The notes beneath the pieces are model-generated. The model saw only the letters and a list, made by a program, of their open reading frames with translations. It was not told the origin of the DNA and did not search any database. Both the position numbers and the translations under genes were made by a program. This document shows positions 30,288-52,123 of a stretch of DNA of 64,000 nucleotides, one piece after another (position 1 is the stretch's first letter; every line of letters starts with the position of its first letter). This DNA is from the human T2T-CHM13v2.0 reference genome, Homo sapiens: NCBI RefSeq assembly GCF_009914755.1, contig NC_060925.1; one strand, given 5' to 3'.

Positions 30288-30654
30288 TGTGTTCACAAGT
30301 CTATTCTCATGCTGCTAATAAAGACATACCCAAGACTGGGTAATTTATAAAGACAAAGAGGTTTATTGGACTCGCAGTTCCATGTGGCCGGGGAAGCCTC
30401 ACAATCATGGCAGAAGGCAAAAGGCACATCTTACATGGCATCAGACAAGAGAGAAATGAGAGCCAAGTGAAAGGGGAAACCCCTTATAAAATCGTCAGAT
30501 CTCATGAGACTTATTCGCTACCACGACAGCAGTATGGGGGAAACTGCCCTTATGATTCAATTATCTCCCACCGGGTCCCTCCCACAACAAGTGGGAATTA
30601 TGGGAGATACAATTCAAGATGAGATTTGGGTGGGGACACGGCCAAACCATATCA
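30288..30654 (-). mobile_element. THE1-type MaLR solo LTR
   Basis: Right end is the reverse complement of TGATATGGTTTGGCCGTGTCCCCACCCAAATCTC. Confidence 0.8.
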
Positions 30655-30841
30655 GTCAGGGCTTACAGGATACACTGCAAAAGAGATGTGCACAGAAAGT
30701 TTATTAGGCCTGCCCTTGAGATCAAACCATAGTGGAGTATAAAATTGGATTGGCAGAGGGAGACGTTCACCTGAGATGCTAATGCAAAAAAATGCCTTAG
30801 TAAATCTTGTGATAAGTTCTGGAAATAAGATGCTCCTTTAA

Positions 30842-31185
<344 letters not shown>

Positions 31186-32049
31186 AGGGAACCAGACTTT
31201 TATACCCTCACATTGTCCAGTTATTGCCCAAGGATGGGGATGTAGGAAGGGAATGCATGATCTTGGATGAGGCATTCTCTGCCGAGGGCAATTCCCAGAA
31301 AGGATTGTGCTCAGAACCAGAGCCTACACTCCCAGCAGCTGGGGAAATGAGTCCCTGAGTCCAGAAGAGGATCTAGGTGGTGCACATAGCCTCCACTATA
31401 GTTCACCTTTCACTGCTCAGTGATAAGCTCTGGAAATATCTCCTCCAGATTAGGATTGGTCTCTTCCTGGGAAACCTGAAGAAGATTAGTGGGTTAAGTA
31501 TACACCCTGCCATTACAGCTGGTCTCAGCCACAGCTGATGTCCTCCTCTCCTACCCATTCTAGATTTCCCTCACCCTCAGCTAGCACCTCTACTGCCCTT
31601 GATGGCTTACACAGGCCCTAATATCTGAGAGGGTCTAAGCCCTTGGTCACTTTGCCTTTCTATGACTGGAAGCTACACTTGTTTATTTACTGTCAAAACT
31701 GGACAAGCATGTACTAAAAGATCCATCACAAATAACCTGGGAGCCAAATGTATTCTTCCTTGGCCCTATCTCCTCCTTGAGACTAGAGTCAAGTATCCCT
31801 GCTGTATAACTTCTTTCCTTAACTACTGGTCTCTTGACAAGATAAGCTCAAAGTGACTAGGTGGAAGCTATAGTGTAAAGGTGAATGGGTCTCTTCCTGT
31901 GTCTCTGGTGGATGTATTCCCCTCCTGCAAATGGGAACCTCTAAACATCCAGGTCTCAGAGTTGGCAAGGATGAGAAACACAAATCCCCCAAGTGGGTCA
32001 CTGGGAATGATGGTGAGACACTTATTTCCACACTTAGTTCCATGAAGGG

Positions 32050-32730
32050 CAACCTATTATTATCTATTGCTGTGTAGCATATTACCCCAAAACTTAGTAG
32101 CTTAAGACAGCATGTATTTCTTTCTTTTTTGTGTCTGTGTTTGTTTGTAGACACAGGGTATATCAATGTTGCCCAGTCTGGTCTCCAACTCTTGGCCTCA
32201 AGTGATCCTCCCTCCTCAGCCTCCCAAAGTGCTGGGATTATAGGCATGAGCCACTGCACCCGGCCAACAAGTATTTGTTATTGCACAGTTCCTATGGGTC
32301 AGGAATGCAGGTGCAGCTTAACTAGATCCCTGTGGCTCAAGATCTTTCATGAATTTGCTGTCAGGTTGTTTGACCAAGACTGCAGTCGCATTGTAAGGCT
32401 CAAATGAGAGAAAATTATTTTCCAAGATCACTCACATGGTTGTTAGTAGGCCTCAGCCCCCCTTCACATGGGTCTCTCCACAGGGATGCCTCACGTTATG
32501 ACATCTGGCTTCCAAGCAAGCAAGCAAGCCAAAAGACAGTGAAAAAGAAAGCATCTAAAACAAGTCTTATAATTTAGTGTTAGAAGGGACAGCCTATCAC
32601 TTCTACCATATTCTGTTTATTATAAGTCAGTCAATAAGTTCACACTCAAGGAGCAGAGATTACACAAAGATGTGAATAACAGGAGTCAGGGATCATTGAG
32701 TCTCATCTTAGAGGCTGCCTGTCCCACCAT
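32050..32730 (-). mobile_element. MLT1-type MaLR LTR with a FLAM insert (~32121-32265)
   Basis: TATCTATTGCTG...TTACCCCAAAACTTAG and GGGTCAGGAAT...CAGCTTA motifs. Confidence 0.55.
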
Positions 32731-32859
32731 GTTTGCAGGGTATCATCTCCAAGTTGGTACCTCAATTGTATCTTCAAAGGTCATTCCATTATGCTATCAG
32801 ACTGGCAGCTTCTAGATGTTACAGAGTGTGATAATACCACTAGATACCCATGCTTAGTA

Positions 32860-33225
32860 TCTGTCTTAGTCTGTTTTATGTTGCTAAGGCAGAATACCAC
32901 AGACTGGATAATTTATAAAGAAAACTTTATTTAGAGTTCCGGAGGCTGGGAAGTCCAGGAGCATGGTGCCAGCATTTGAAGAGGGCTTTCTTGCTGAGTC
33001 ATAACATGGCAGAAGGACAAGTGAGCATGAGAAAGAGGAAGAGAGAGAGAGAGAGAGCTGCTTGTGTAACAAGCCCACTCTTGCGATAAGTAACCCATTT
33101 CTGCAACAATGACATTGATCCATTCACCTCTTAATCACCTCTTAAAGTCCCTACCTCTCAACACTGTTGCATTAGGGATTACATTTCCAATGCATGAATT
33201 CTGTGGGGACACATTCAAACCATAG
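32860..33225 (-). mobile_element. MST-type MaLR LTR
   Basis: TGTCTTAGTCTGTTTT...CAGAATACCACAGACTGG...CATTCAAACCATAGCA. Confidence 0.7.
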
Positions 33226-34529
33226 CATTCACTCACTGCCAAATCACCTTTGATGTAATGTGGGTACCTTGGTCTAATGAGATATTATGCAGGATCCCAT
33301 GAAGGTAAAACAAACACTTTAAGCCCTCTGATAGTGGTGCTAGTTTAGGTCTTGCCCTATTTTATATACAATACATGTCAATTCTAGTCATCCAGTGGTT
33401 GGGTGGTTTTCCAGTTGTTTTCCTTAGAAGCCTCTGACCAATCATCCAAGCCATTTACCATCATTCATGAGTTTGTATGTATTCTTCTCTTGGGCCACTT
33501 CTCTTTCCACACAAAGTAGATGATCAAATGCATTGCCTGAAACTGCCCACTGGGACCAATTTCCCTTGCTGCTATCATTTAGGGCCACCCTGAGAAGAGC
33601 TGCAGAGCAGCAGTTTTGCAATTCCTGCTTGCACTTACCTACTGAATTGACAAAACCAAACTTGAGGGTTTTCTTTTTTTCTCTTTAAGCTGACTATAAG
33701 AGACTCCTTGGACAAACATAGGGATAAATTCAGGGAGAGGTGCTGGTGCAATATTAGTGAATAATATGGGGGTCTGGGCTACCTGCTTGTTCCCTTAGGC
33801 CCTACTTGTGCACAATTCTCAACGTACCACTTCCATCTTGTAGATTGCTGCTGGGCCTGCTCAAACTCATGACTTTCAGGATCTAATAGAACTACTCGAA
33901 ATGGGCTATTTCAAGTAGTTCTATTACTCATTTGGTCACCTCCCAGGAACTTTGTGTAAAACTTCATTGCAGATGAACTTACATTGTAATTCTCCTATTG
34001 GAGCTTGCCACAAAACATCTTTGTGAGTCACCAATACCTCTTACCAGAAGGTCTTCTGCTTAGTATCAACCAAGTGGCTGTGGGGCCACTTGCCCCACTG
34101 CCTGGACCTGCAGGGTCCTTTCCTGCTCTAATATCTGCTCAAAGTCAGCAGACTTTCATGTTAGTCAGTATATGGGTTGCAGCAGTATTCCTAAGTATGG
34201 AATATGCTACCTCAGCATCCAAAGAGGCCTACCAGGCATTGTGCTTCTTTCTTAGTGGTGGGAGGTACAAGGTGCAATATTTTGTCCTTTAATTTGCAGG
34301 GGATGGAAAATCATGCCCCAGACCTCTGGATCCCTAAAAAAAAATCTGACTGATGGGTAAACTGACATTAATCTACCCTAACAAATATATTACTTCTGTC
34401 TCAGCAATTACAATTACAGCTACAACTTGGTTGAATTCATGGTAGTCTTCAGACTGGTTTTTGTAGGGGCCAGAGAAATAAATTCAACAGGGATATTATG
34501 AGAACTGCTGGCCCTGTACCCTTTAGGTT

Positions 34530-36296
<1,767 letters not shown>

Positions 36297-37896
36297 AATC
36301 CTCAGCCTTATCCTCAGCTTTTACTGCCCTTTGGCTGTGGGAAATGAAAGCCTCTTTATATGCTGCCAAAGAGGCCTCTGACTTTATCACTTCACCTGCA
36401 ATGGCTGATTGGCAGTCCAGTCTTTCATCTTCTTTCTCAAATTCATCAATAGCACCCAGGAAGAGGCATTGTCCTTATAATTAGTAGTTCCCCTGAATCT
36501 CTCAAAATCTTGAGATAATGCACCTGCCAATTTATTCCCTTCCAACAGTATCCCCTCCCAATTCAACACCAGGCAAAAATTTAACAATTGTGCCATTACA
36601 GTTTGCCAAGGGATATTAATGTTCCATTACTGCCAGTTATGAGGTCCACATTGCCTGGTAATCCAGTGCCAAAAGTCTTTTTAGAGTTTAATTCCTCTAT
36701 CCCCTACTGATACAAATGGTGTTAGGTCAAGTTTCTAACAGAATACTGGGAAAAGACACTGAAATCAAGATTTATGTGCAGAAAGTTCATTGAGGGAGTG
36801 CCCTCTGCATCAATATCTGTGGGAGAATTAAGTAAGTAGGTTTGGGCAGAGGGATCAGTTGAACTGTGGCACAGTCACAATAAAGGCCTCAGCTGACCCT
36901 ACTGGCACCTCTGCAGCTGGGGATGAACCTTTAGAGTCATCCCAAGTTGAAGCAAGGGGGCTGAGCCTTCATATCCCCAGTTGTGGGCAAGTCATTTGTT
37001 GCAGGCTAGCCTTTATCTCTTAGGAGAGGGGCAGAAACGTGGCTAAGGCAACTCTCTTCAGCTGAGAGCAATGCCTGGAGAGGCACTCAGCTGAGAGTCA
37101 TCACCACCAACACTCCCAGCAGTGGGGGAACAACTGCCTCAGCTGGAAAGGGGATGTGGATGGGAGCACCATAGCATCCACTGCAACATGCATTATTTTA
37201 GGTGTTGAGATACGGCAGTGAACGTGGTAGACAAAAATTTGTGCTTTTTTTCTACATTTTAGACGGAGTAGTCAAGGAAGGCCTCGCTGTGCAGACAACA
37301 CTGAGCAAAGACTTGAAGGAAGAAAGGGAACAAGATATCAAGATATTTGGGAAAAGCATATTCCAGGCAGAGGTCTGAGCAAATGCAAAGACCTGACCTG
37401 AAGGGAGAATATCTCTGGGTGTTCAAGGAACAGTAAGGAGGCCAGATGGTTGAAACCAGCTGAGAAAAAGGTGAGTAGTAGGAGCTGACAGATCAAAGAA
37501 ATCAGGGTGGGGGGAAGAAGGCAGATTGTATCAGACCTTGAAGGCCATTGTAAGGTTTTTGGCTTTTACTCTGTGAAATAAAAAGCCATGGCGAGTTTGG
37601 AGCAGAGTGGTAACATGACATGTTTTTAAAAGAGTGCTCTGGCTGCGTGTTGCAGATAGATTGAAAGAGTGACCAGGATGAAAGCAGGGGACCAGATAGG
37701 CTTAATCTATGCCAAAGATAACGGTGAGTTGGACCAGGATGGTAACAGTGGAGGTGATAAGAAGTGGCTGGATTCTAAGTATAACTGAAGAGTAGAGCTG
37801 AAAATCCACTGCTGATGGATTGAATGTTAGTTTGAGAGAGAGTGAAAGAGATAAGACAAAGATGACTTCTAGATTTGGCGCTTGTGCTGCTGAAAG

Positions 37897-39003
<1,107 letters not shown>

Positions 39004-39229
39004 TCAAATAAATAAATAACAACAACAACAACAAAACAGAGATGAGGGAGACAGCTGCTGGAACAGGTTTGAAGGAGGTGATCAGGAGTTCAGTCTTGGA
39101 CATGTCGAGTTTACATGTTTATTGTTTATATTGAGGTGTCAAGTCAGCAGCTGATATATTGGTTGAGTTCAGGAGAGAGATCTGGGCTGGAGAGACAGAT
39201 TGATGAATGTCATATCCTATAGATGGCAT

Positions 39230-39781
39230 TGTAAGGAACATGGCTGTGCTTTGGTCAAGGATAGGCTGAGGTAAACATCCAGAGCGACTCAGTGAGTTTA
39301 GAGCACAGGCATATAACTCCACTTGTTATCACAGCCATGTAGCCATAACATGGGAAGGTTCATCATTTGGTTCTAAGCCACTGTTGTCTGTAAAAGGTAT
39401 AATTGCCCTGCTGACACTGTACAGGCATGCTGGCACCTAGAGAAAGAGAACCAAAGCTGTCCATTTTGCAGACAGACAGCAGGAAGCCAGGGCACAGCAT
39501 GGCTCAGCTTGTGCCCAGAGAGAGAAAGAGTTAAGCTGCTGACCCTGAGGCAGGGGAGAGCTGGCCACACAGCTGTGTGGGAGCCACTGGACTAAGCAGC
39601 TGAGACAGGGCAGACAGTGTGAGAAAGTTCTTGATGAGAGCTGCTGCTGAATAAAATCATCTTTCACCTGCCTATAGCCTCCCAAGTGTTCTTGCTGCTC
39701 ATCCACCCACTCCCTTCAGACCTCAGCATGGACTGGAACCTGACCCTGAGCATGATAAGTGGTGTAGTTATGAACCTGACA
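39230..39781 (+). mobile_element. Solo LTR, LTR18-like (family name from recall)
   Basis: TGTAAGGAACATGGCTGTG...AATAAA...CCTGACA. Confidence 0.6.
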
Positions 39782-40924
39782 CGCGATTAAGTGATGAGAC
39801 TAGATGCAATTAACAGGGAAATGAGTGTAGAGAATAGAAGAGATTCAAGGGCTGAGGCTTGGATGCTCTGCTGTTATGAGTATAGGAAAATAAGAGGAAA
39901 CAAGCAGAGGGGTCTGAGAAAGAGTTGCCAGTGACTTTGGACCAAGCGAGAGGGTGGTGACCTGGAAATCAATGAAGACAATGCTTCAAGGAGGAGTGAG
40001 TTATTTCCTGTTTCAACTAACTGGTAGAAAACATACAACCTTGATAGCCAGTTTGGTGACTGAGTGATACGAGACATGTTTTTTAAAGTGGATTTGACAG
40101 AGAATTGAAGGAAAGGAATTGGAGGCAGTGAATATAGACAAATCTTTCACAAGCAATTTTTGTGTCTTTGTTTTGTGGTGGGGAAAAGTGGGAACAAGAG
40201 AAGGTTTTAAGATGGGAGAAATAACATGTTTGTTCACTGATGAGAAAGATCGAACAGAGAGGGATAATTTGATAATAAAGAGACGGGAGAATTGTTCAAA
40301 CGAAGACCTCGAGTAGATGAGAGGGAATGGAATCTAGTGCTGGAGTGGAAGGGTTGGCCCCTGAAAAGAGTGCCAATAGTTCATCTAGAGTAAGGTGAGA
40401 GGAGACAGAGAACACGGGCACAAAGGCTGGAAGGTGGGTAGGTGTGGTGAATGTGGAATTCTCTTATGATTGCTTCCATTGTCCTCAGCTAAGAATGAGA
40501 ATTGGGAAGATGTGTTGGAGGTTTGAGGACAGAAGAGAAGGTATCTAGGCCTAGGATGAGCACACACTTACAGCTGCAGTCATGAATTTAAAGGAAGACT
40601 GGCTATCAGGGTTGTATGTTTTCCATTAGCCACATACAGCTGCACAGGTGCAGGTGCTGAGTGGGTAGAGAAGTGAATGTCACCTGGGTTGGCACTCAAC
40701 CAACCAAGTTCAGAGACTCAAGAGCTGGTCAAGGGAGCTGATAGTACACTTGATGGACTCATAACCCCACCTTAGTGCTGACTCTCCTTTATCTCATATA
40801 TGCATATATGTCTAGAAAAAATTATATTGGCCTTAGACATTTTGCAGAGACTGAGAATAACCGAGTCACATTCGTGATAGCGAGCTAGTGCAATAGCTTT
40901 GCTGTTGTGGGGATGACAAGGTAA

Positions 40925-42325
<1,401 letters not shown>

Positions 42326-42656
42326 GAAATCATTACAGTGGCTGTATATCTTCTGAAATTTGCATACAATAATTGCTTCTGACATATTCAAAATATGTAA
42401 GAAGCCCCTCCAACATCAGACTCCAAGTTCTTCAGTTTTGGGATTCAGACTGGCATTTCTTACTCCTCAGCTTGCAGACAGCCTGTGGGACCTTGTGATC
42501 ATGTGAGTTAATATTTAATAAACTCCCCTTTACATATATATATATATATATAACCTATATATAAAATATATATATATATATCTCCTATTAGTTCTGTCTC
42601 TCTAGAGAACCCTAATACAGGAGGACAGGGCTTACCTTCATTCCATTATATGAAGG

Positions 42657-43726
42657 TGAGGACTGAACTCTGATTTTTATGCTGCCCAAATTCCTATCTA
42701 AGGTGTCTGGGGCATCGTGTCCTACAAATCATAAATTCTCATCAGATGGGTTTTATTTAACATTAATCGTGACTTACTCTCCAACCTGACTCTGGCATAA
42801 TATTATGAGACAAGAAAGAAAATCAAAATATTTTACCCCAAAACATGTTTCTTTGCCATATTTTGAAATGGTCATGCAAAGCTGTTCTTTTTGGGGGCAA
42901 ATTTGCATCTGTAAAGAATCTCAATTAACATAGCTAGATATTTTTCTTCCAGACCCTCCCAATCCTAAAGAGATTAACTGAGATCTGAATAGGAAACATT
43001 TGTCATCTATTGTCTCTAAGGGCAGCCACTATAAGACTTTGAAAGAACTTTGGCCTCCACCATCTTTTATCTTAACCTGAACATTCCCTTTCCATCAATC
43101 CCAGGTCCTTAGAAAACTCAACCAATTGTAAAAAAGAAAAATTTTAAATTCACCTGTAGCCTGGAAGCTCCCCCTCCACTGCACTTTGAGTTGTCCTGTC
43201 TTTCTGGGCAAACCAATGTATTTCTTTCTTTTTCTTTCTTTTTTTTTTTTTTTTTGAGACGGAGTCTCGTTCTGTTGCCAAGCTGGAGTGCAGTGGCGAT
43301 CTTGGCTCACTGCAACCTCTGACTCCCGGGTTCAAGCGATTCTCCTGCCTCAGCCTCCCGAGTAGCTGGGATTACAGGCGAGTGCCACCACGCCGGGCTA
43401 ATTTTTGTATTTTTAGTAGAGACGGGGTTTCACCTTGTTGGCCAGGATGGTCTCGATCTCCTGACCTCGTGATCTGCCCGCCTCGGCCTCCCAAAGTGCT
43501 GGGATTACAGGCACGAGCCACCGTGCCCGGCCTACCAATGTATTTCTTAAATGTATTTGACTGATGTCTCATGCCTCTCTAAAATGTATAAAACCAAGCT
43601 GCACCCCGACCAACTTGGGCACGTGTTCTCAGGACCTCCTGAGGGCTTTGTCACAGGTCATGGTCACTCATATTTGGTTCAGAATCTCTTCAAATATTTT
43701 ACAGAGTTTGACTGTTTTCGTTGACA
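42657..43726 (+). mobile_element. MER4-group (MER4D/E-like) solo LTR with an antisense Alu inside (43225-43532)
   Basis: TGAGGACT...TTGACA with 4-bp TSD AAGG; Alu TSD ACCAATGTATTTCTT. Confidence 0.78.
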
Positions 43727-43772
43727 AAGGGAAATAGCTGTATTTATCTACGTATATATAGACCTTGTGTAG

Positions 43773-45670
<1,898 letters not shown>

Positions 45671-46348
45671 AGGGGGTGGGGGGCAACAAAGTAAAAGGAC
45701 ATCCCAAGGTGACCGGCAGTAAATGGGTGGCCGCTATCTCTGTTATCAAAATCAACCCTCCAGTCTCTATGCCATGTGCATATCTGGACAAGTAGCATGG
45801 CTCCCAGCTGCAGCCTTATTTATGTCCCTTTCCTGTTCTTTAAGGGGTAAGTGTTCCAGGAAGAAAGCTTTGCACATGTCAGTGAGGTCAAACAGCCCTG
45901 TGAGAAAAGGGCTCCTCTGGAATGGCGCCATTAGAGAGGAACCAGCATGAGACAGGGCTGCCGTGCAACCTGGGGAGATTCAGTTCACCTATCTGTGCCT
46001 CCATTCCCTCAGTGTTATCTGGGGGTAATGATAGCTGCCCACTGCATGATTGGAATAATCACATTTGTTCTATATAAACAACCAACAAGTACTTTACTCT
46101 TAGCCGCCCACTCCTCATAATAGGTATTTGAGGAAATATCTGCCTCTTGACCTTGGGGGGAAGGGGGATGAAGGCCAGGCTGTAGGGAGGACCAACTGAG
46201 AGTAAGGCAGTGAATGTTCTCTGCAAACTGCGCCATTCTGGACCTAGCTGGAGCATTCCTGACCCCTGAAGCATGTGTGCCAGCTCTTGTGTTTTGCATT
46301 CACAGGTGCAGTAACTTTAAATTCCTCAAATCCCCTGAGTGCAAGGCC

Positions 46349-46443
46349 ATGGCTCAGAAAAGCCTTGCAAACAACAGCATTAATCTCCCCTACAAGGACT
46401 TGACCTCCGAGGTAACCAGGCGCCGAGTCACCATGATCACAAG
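46349..46443 (+). CDS. MYOCOS: MYOCOS first coding exon (exon starts 46306)
   Basis: Acceptor TTTTGCATTCACAG|, strong Kozak GCCATGG, MAQKSLANNSINLPYKDLTSEVTRRRVTMIT, donor AAG|GTACCC, phase 2. Confidence 0.82.
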
Positions 46444-46719
46444 GTACCCAAAATCTTTCCTCTGGATCGCTTGTGGGGTTGGGACGGAGCATAACACTGA
46501 GCCCCAGCAAGTGCCTGAAACTGTAGCTGGCACTGGTTTATTTAAATGTATTTAATGCTGCTGCAAGACACATTTCACAGAAAAGGAAACTGCTTTGTCA
46601 TCCATTGTGGAAAACAGACTTTTCCCACATGGCCCTTCAAGGGGTGATGACACCCATTTGTGTATGTTCACTGCGTGGGTGGTCGTGGCTCTTGATAGAG
46701 AGTGGGGAGTGGGGATCAC

Positions 46720-47349
46720 TTTGTTTGGTTTGGTTTTGTTTTTTTGAGACAGGGTCTCGCTCTGTCACCTGGGCTGGAGTTCAGTGGTGCAATCACAGCT
46801 CACTGTAGCCTCAGCCTCAAGCTCCTGGGGCTTAAGCAATCCTCCCACCTCAGCCTCCCAAGTAGCTGGGACTACAGCCATGTGCCACCACGTCTGGTTA
46901 ATTATTATTATTATTATTATTATTATATTGAGACGGAGTCTCTCTCTGTCGCCCAGGCTGGAGCAATCTTGGCTCACTGCAAGCTCCGCCTCCCGGGTTC
47001 ACGGCATTCTCCCACCTCAGCCTTCTGAGTAGCTGGGACCACAGGCGCCCGCCACGACGCCCGGCTAATATTTTGTGTGTGTGTGTGTTTTTTTTTAGTA
47101 GAGACGGGGTTTCACCATTCACAGGATGGTCTAAATCTCCTGACCTTGTGATCTGCCCGCCTCGGCCTCCCAAAGTGCTGGGATTACAGGCGTGAGCGAC
47201 TGTGCCCGGCCAGTTTTTTTGTATTTTTAATAGAAACAGGGTTTTGCCATGTTGCCCAGGCTGGTCTCAAACTCCTGGGCTCAAGTGGTCCACCTGCCTC
47301 AGCATCCCAAGGTGCTGGGATTACAGATGAGAGCCACTGTGCCTGGCCC
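46720..47349 (-). mobile_element. Nested Alus: a Y-like Alu (~46902-47210, (ATT)n tail) inserted in the mid A-linker of an older Alu
   Basis: Old right arm, then a complete younger Alu, then the old left arm. Confidence 0.8.
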
Positions 47350-48461
47350 AAGATGACACCTCTAGCTTGAGCTCTTTGTCGGGTATGTTATGAGATTAAA
47401 AATAATAATCTTACTAAATCTGATAAGAAGTTGGTCAAAAAAATCAAAATTATTGATTTGAAATAGAAAATACAGACTTCCATCTAATGTTGTTTACAAT
47501 GCCCTTTGACCTTAGAGTTTATTGGGATGTAAGATTCCAGCAAATTGATAGGAATTAGGTGCCATTTCTTAGTTACCATATATGGGAATGTCAAATCTTT
47601 GTTGATAGTGGTGCACAGCCAATTTGATACCACGGGTTTAGACCGTGAGAGTGGGCATTGTCTGCAGGAAGTGTGGTCCCTGTGCTCTAATGTCCATCCA
47701 AGGACGAGATGGCATAATTCTGTGGCCTGTCCTAGCCACCAAACAATTCCCTTCCCATCATCCCACATCCTCTCAGCAACATTAGGGATCAGCTTTGATT
47801 GGGAGATGGGAGCAGTGAACTTGTGGCCAGATTGAAATTTAAATTTGGATTCCAGTTCTGCCTTCTACTGGTCACATGATCTGGGTAATCACCTTCTGTC
47901 TCAGCTTGCTCAGCTGAAAGATTTAATGTGGGGGCTGAGATTCTACATGTGGTTAGTTTCTAGGTAATTTCTAGTCCCTGGAACATAGTAAATGTTCAGG
48001 GAACAATTAAATCTGAACCTGTAAAAGCTTGACAGGCTAGTCCTATGCCCTTGAAGGCAAGGTTTGCCCAGCCCTGAGGAGGATGGGGAGACTCTGGTAT
48101 ACTCCAGCAGAAGGGGAGGCGAACCCCACAGCCTGGGGATGGGGGCAAGTTAGGCCAAAGGGAGCTGTGAAGTGAAACTGAGGCTGGACTGGCCCTGTGA
48201 ATAGCTGGAATGCAAATGAAACGTTTAGACACAGCCTGTCCCAGGCTGAAATGTACAGAGAGCTGGCCAGTAGGGGATGGAGAAAGCTAATTGATGGGAA
48301 GAACTACTGCTCTAATCCTAAGATACCCTTGGAGGATGGGGATGGAGGAGTGAGGGTGCAGACTCTAACTCTGTTGGGTCCATGGCACCAACGGGGACAG
48401 CTGAGCTCACTCTGAGGAGAGCTGACTGACAATTAAAGTATATCTCATTTCTGCAAGGTGA

Positions 48462-48915
<454 letters not shown>

Positions 48916-48918
48916 TAG

Positions 48919-49066
48919 AAAAGAGATAATTACCCAGAAAAGTGATGAAGCTAAGGAGATGCTCTCCCACTTGGATTTGGAGCAAGCCCCTCCCCCTCAC
49001 AGGACCTACCTCACAGTACCTCCTGCCCCACCTCCTTCTCCAGCTGAGGATCCCACGGTCTCCTAA
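48919..49066 (+). CDS. MYOCOS: MYOCOS last coding exon (spliced ORF = 80 aa)
   Basis: Acceptor CTTTCTTCCTAG|, phase-compatible (R)KEIITQKSDEAKEMLSHLDLEQAPPPHRTYLTVPPAPPPSPAEDPTVS*. Confidence 0.82.
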
Positions 49067-49335
49067 GATGTAAAACTTATTTTGAAGTGAATTCTTACAC
49101 AGAACTCCAGAAAACAGTTTCAGTGGCATTCTTGAGGTTTGTCTTAGAAGACTCTTGAAGATCTTTGTTCTTTCCTATTTTTCTTCACCTAGAACCACCA
49201 TAGAGCATGGTTTACCCTTGCTAATAGACTTAGTCATTTTTGGTTTTTTAATCCAAGTCTCTGATATGATATGCATATATTTTGATCTTTATGTTATGCT
49301 ATAGAACTGTTGCTGTAGTCAGTTGTATTTAAATT

Positions 49336-49341
49336 AATAAA
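49336..49341 (+). terminator. Probable MYOCOS poly(A) signal
   Basis: AATAAA 270 nt after the stop, TGTA upstream, GT-rich TTGTTGTTT downstream. Confidence 0.7.
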
Positions 49342-50189
49342 CAGTTATCAGGCCTTGTTGTTTATTACTAAATCTGAATCAGTGAAAAGTCTAGGCCTTT
49401 TAAAGTCTAGAGTTTAAAGATCTCAGGTCCTGGGAACCCTGAGGTAGCTGGATTTTCAAAACGCAACCTGAGACACTACAGTTGTGTGGCCCTATATTTT
49501 GGAGCTGCATTCCCATGCCGTGTGCTGGGGCTAAGGTGGTTGAGTTTCACATTTATTGACAGTGTTTTTAAAGTTTGTTTCTGGGAGATTTGAAGTGATT
49601 TTCAAACTCTGTAACAGAAAACTCTACCCTGAAAAGCAGCCAAGTGTAGAGTGGTTCTGTTGTGGAGAAGTCCATTGCTTGAGTCCTCTCCAAGCTCCTT
49701 GACGGGCCCCAGTGCACCTCTAAGGACTTCCGGGGCTCTTCTGAATTGTTCGAAGGCATCAAAAATGTGATAATTCTGGCATACATATACATATAAAAAA
49801 TATCCCCACATGTCATCCTTTATTTCGTCTGCTGCTTCTTAGAGTCCTTGTAGGTGTTCTGTCTCCAGGCCTGCCCTTGTAAATGTGCTCGGCTCCCCTA
49901 TGAGAAAGGAGTCAAAGCTTCTGTACACCATTGTGGAGTCAGGGTAAACACTCTGTGATCTCCCCTGATCCCATGCATTTAATAAAACCAATGTTCCTTC
50001 TTTAAAAGTAAAAAGTGCTCCGGTTCTTCTACCCCCATAGTAGTTGGCTGTGCCATTGGTGTGGAAGTCGGACTCCTTACCTGTGGCCTTCAGCAGCATG
50101 GGGCAGGGAAGGAGCCTGCACTGAGTGTCTGCCATTGCCAGCTGGATGCTGGACATACACATCTCCCTCTCCTCAGTCTGGTGAAGAAT

Positions 50190-51373
<1,184 letters not shown>

Positions 51374-51422
51374 TTAGAAGTGCAGGTTGGTTGTAGTGTT
51401 AAACAGGGTGGTCTGGGTAGGT

Positions 51423-52123
51423 GTATGACTCCATTTTAATGCCACTGATAAAGGCATACCCGAGACTGGGAAGAATAAGAGGTTTCATTGGACTTACAGT
51501 TCTACATGATTCTGAGGGGAGTCCTCAGAATCATGGCGGAGTGTAAAAGGCACCTCTTACATGGTGGCAGCAAGAGAAAATGAGGAAGATGCAAAAGCAG
51601 AAACCCCTAATAAAACCATCAGATCTCATGAGACTTATTCACTACCATGAGAACAGTATGAGGGAAGCTGTCCCCGTGATTCAAATTATCTCTCACCAGG
51701 TTCCTCCCACAATATGTGGGAATTATGGGAATATAATTCAAGTTGAGATTTGGGTGAGGACACAACCAAAACATATCGTTCCATCCCTGGCCCCTCAAAA
51801 TCTCATGTCCTCACATTTCAAAATTAATAATGCCTTCCCAGCAGTCCCCCAAAGTCTTAACTCATTTCAGCATTAACCTAAAAGTCCATGGTCCAAAGTC
51901 TCATCTGAGACAAGGCAAGTCCCTTCCACCTATGAGTCTGTAAAATCAAAAGCAAGCTAGTTACTTCCTGGATACAGGAGGGTACAGGTATTTTGTAAAT
52001 ACAGCCATTCCAAATAAGAGAAACTGGCCAAAACAAAGGGGTTACAGGGCCCATGCAAGTCTGAAATCCAGCTGGGCAGTTCAAATTTTAAAGCTCCAAA
52101 ATGATCTCCTTTGACTCCAGGTC
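51423..52123 (-). mobile_element. THE1 LTR plus adjoining THE1-internal fragment, within an L2 relic (~51300-53650) that also holds Alus
   Basis: GATAAAGGCATACCCGAGACTGGG LTR motif continuing into internal-type sequence; abrupt end at TTTGACTCCAGGTC. Confidence 0.75.

Noticed and set aside
46214-46348. Upstream in-frame extension of the MYOCOS ORF, and the 48695 ORF start
   Set aside because: Both cross splice acceptors into intron or Alu sequence; the Kozak ATG at 46349 gives the coherent spliced ORF
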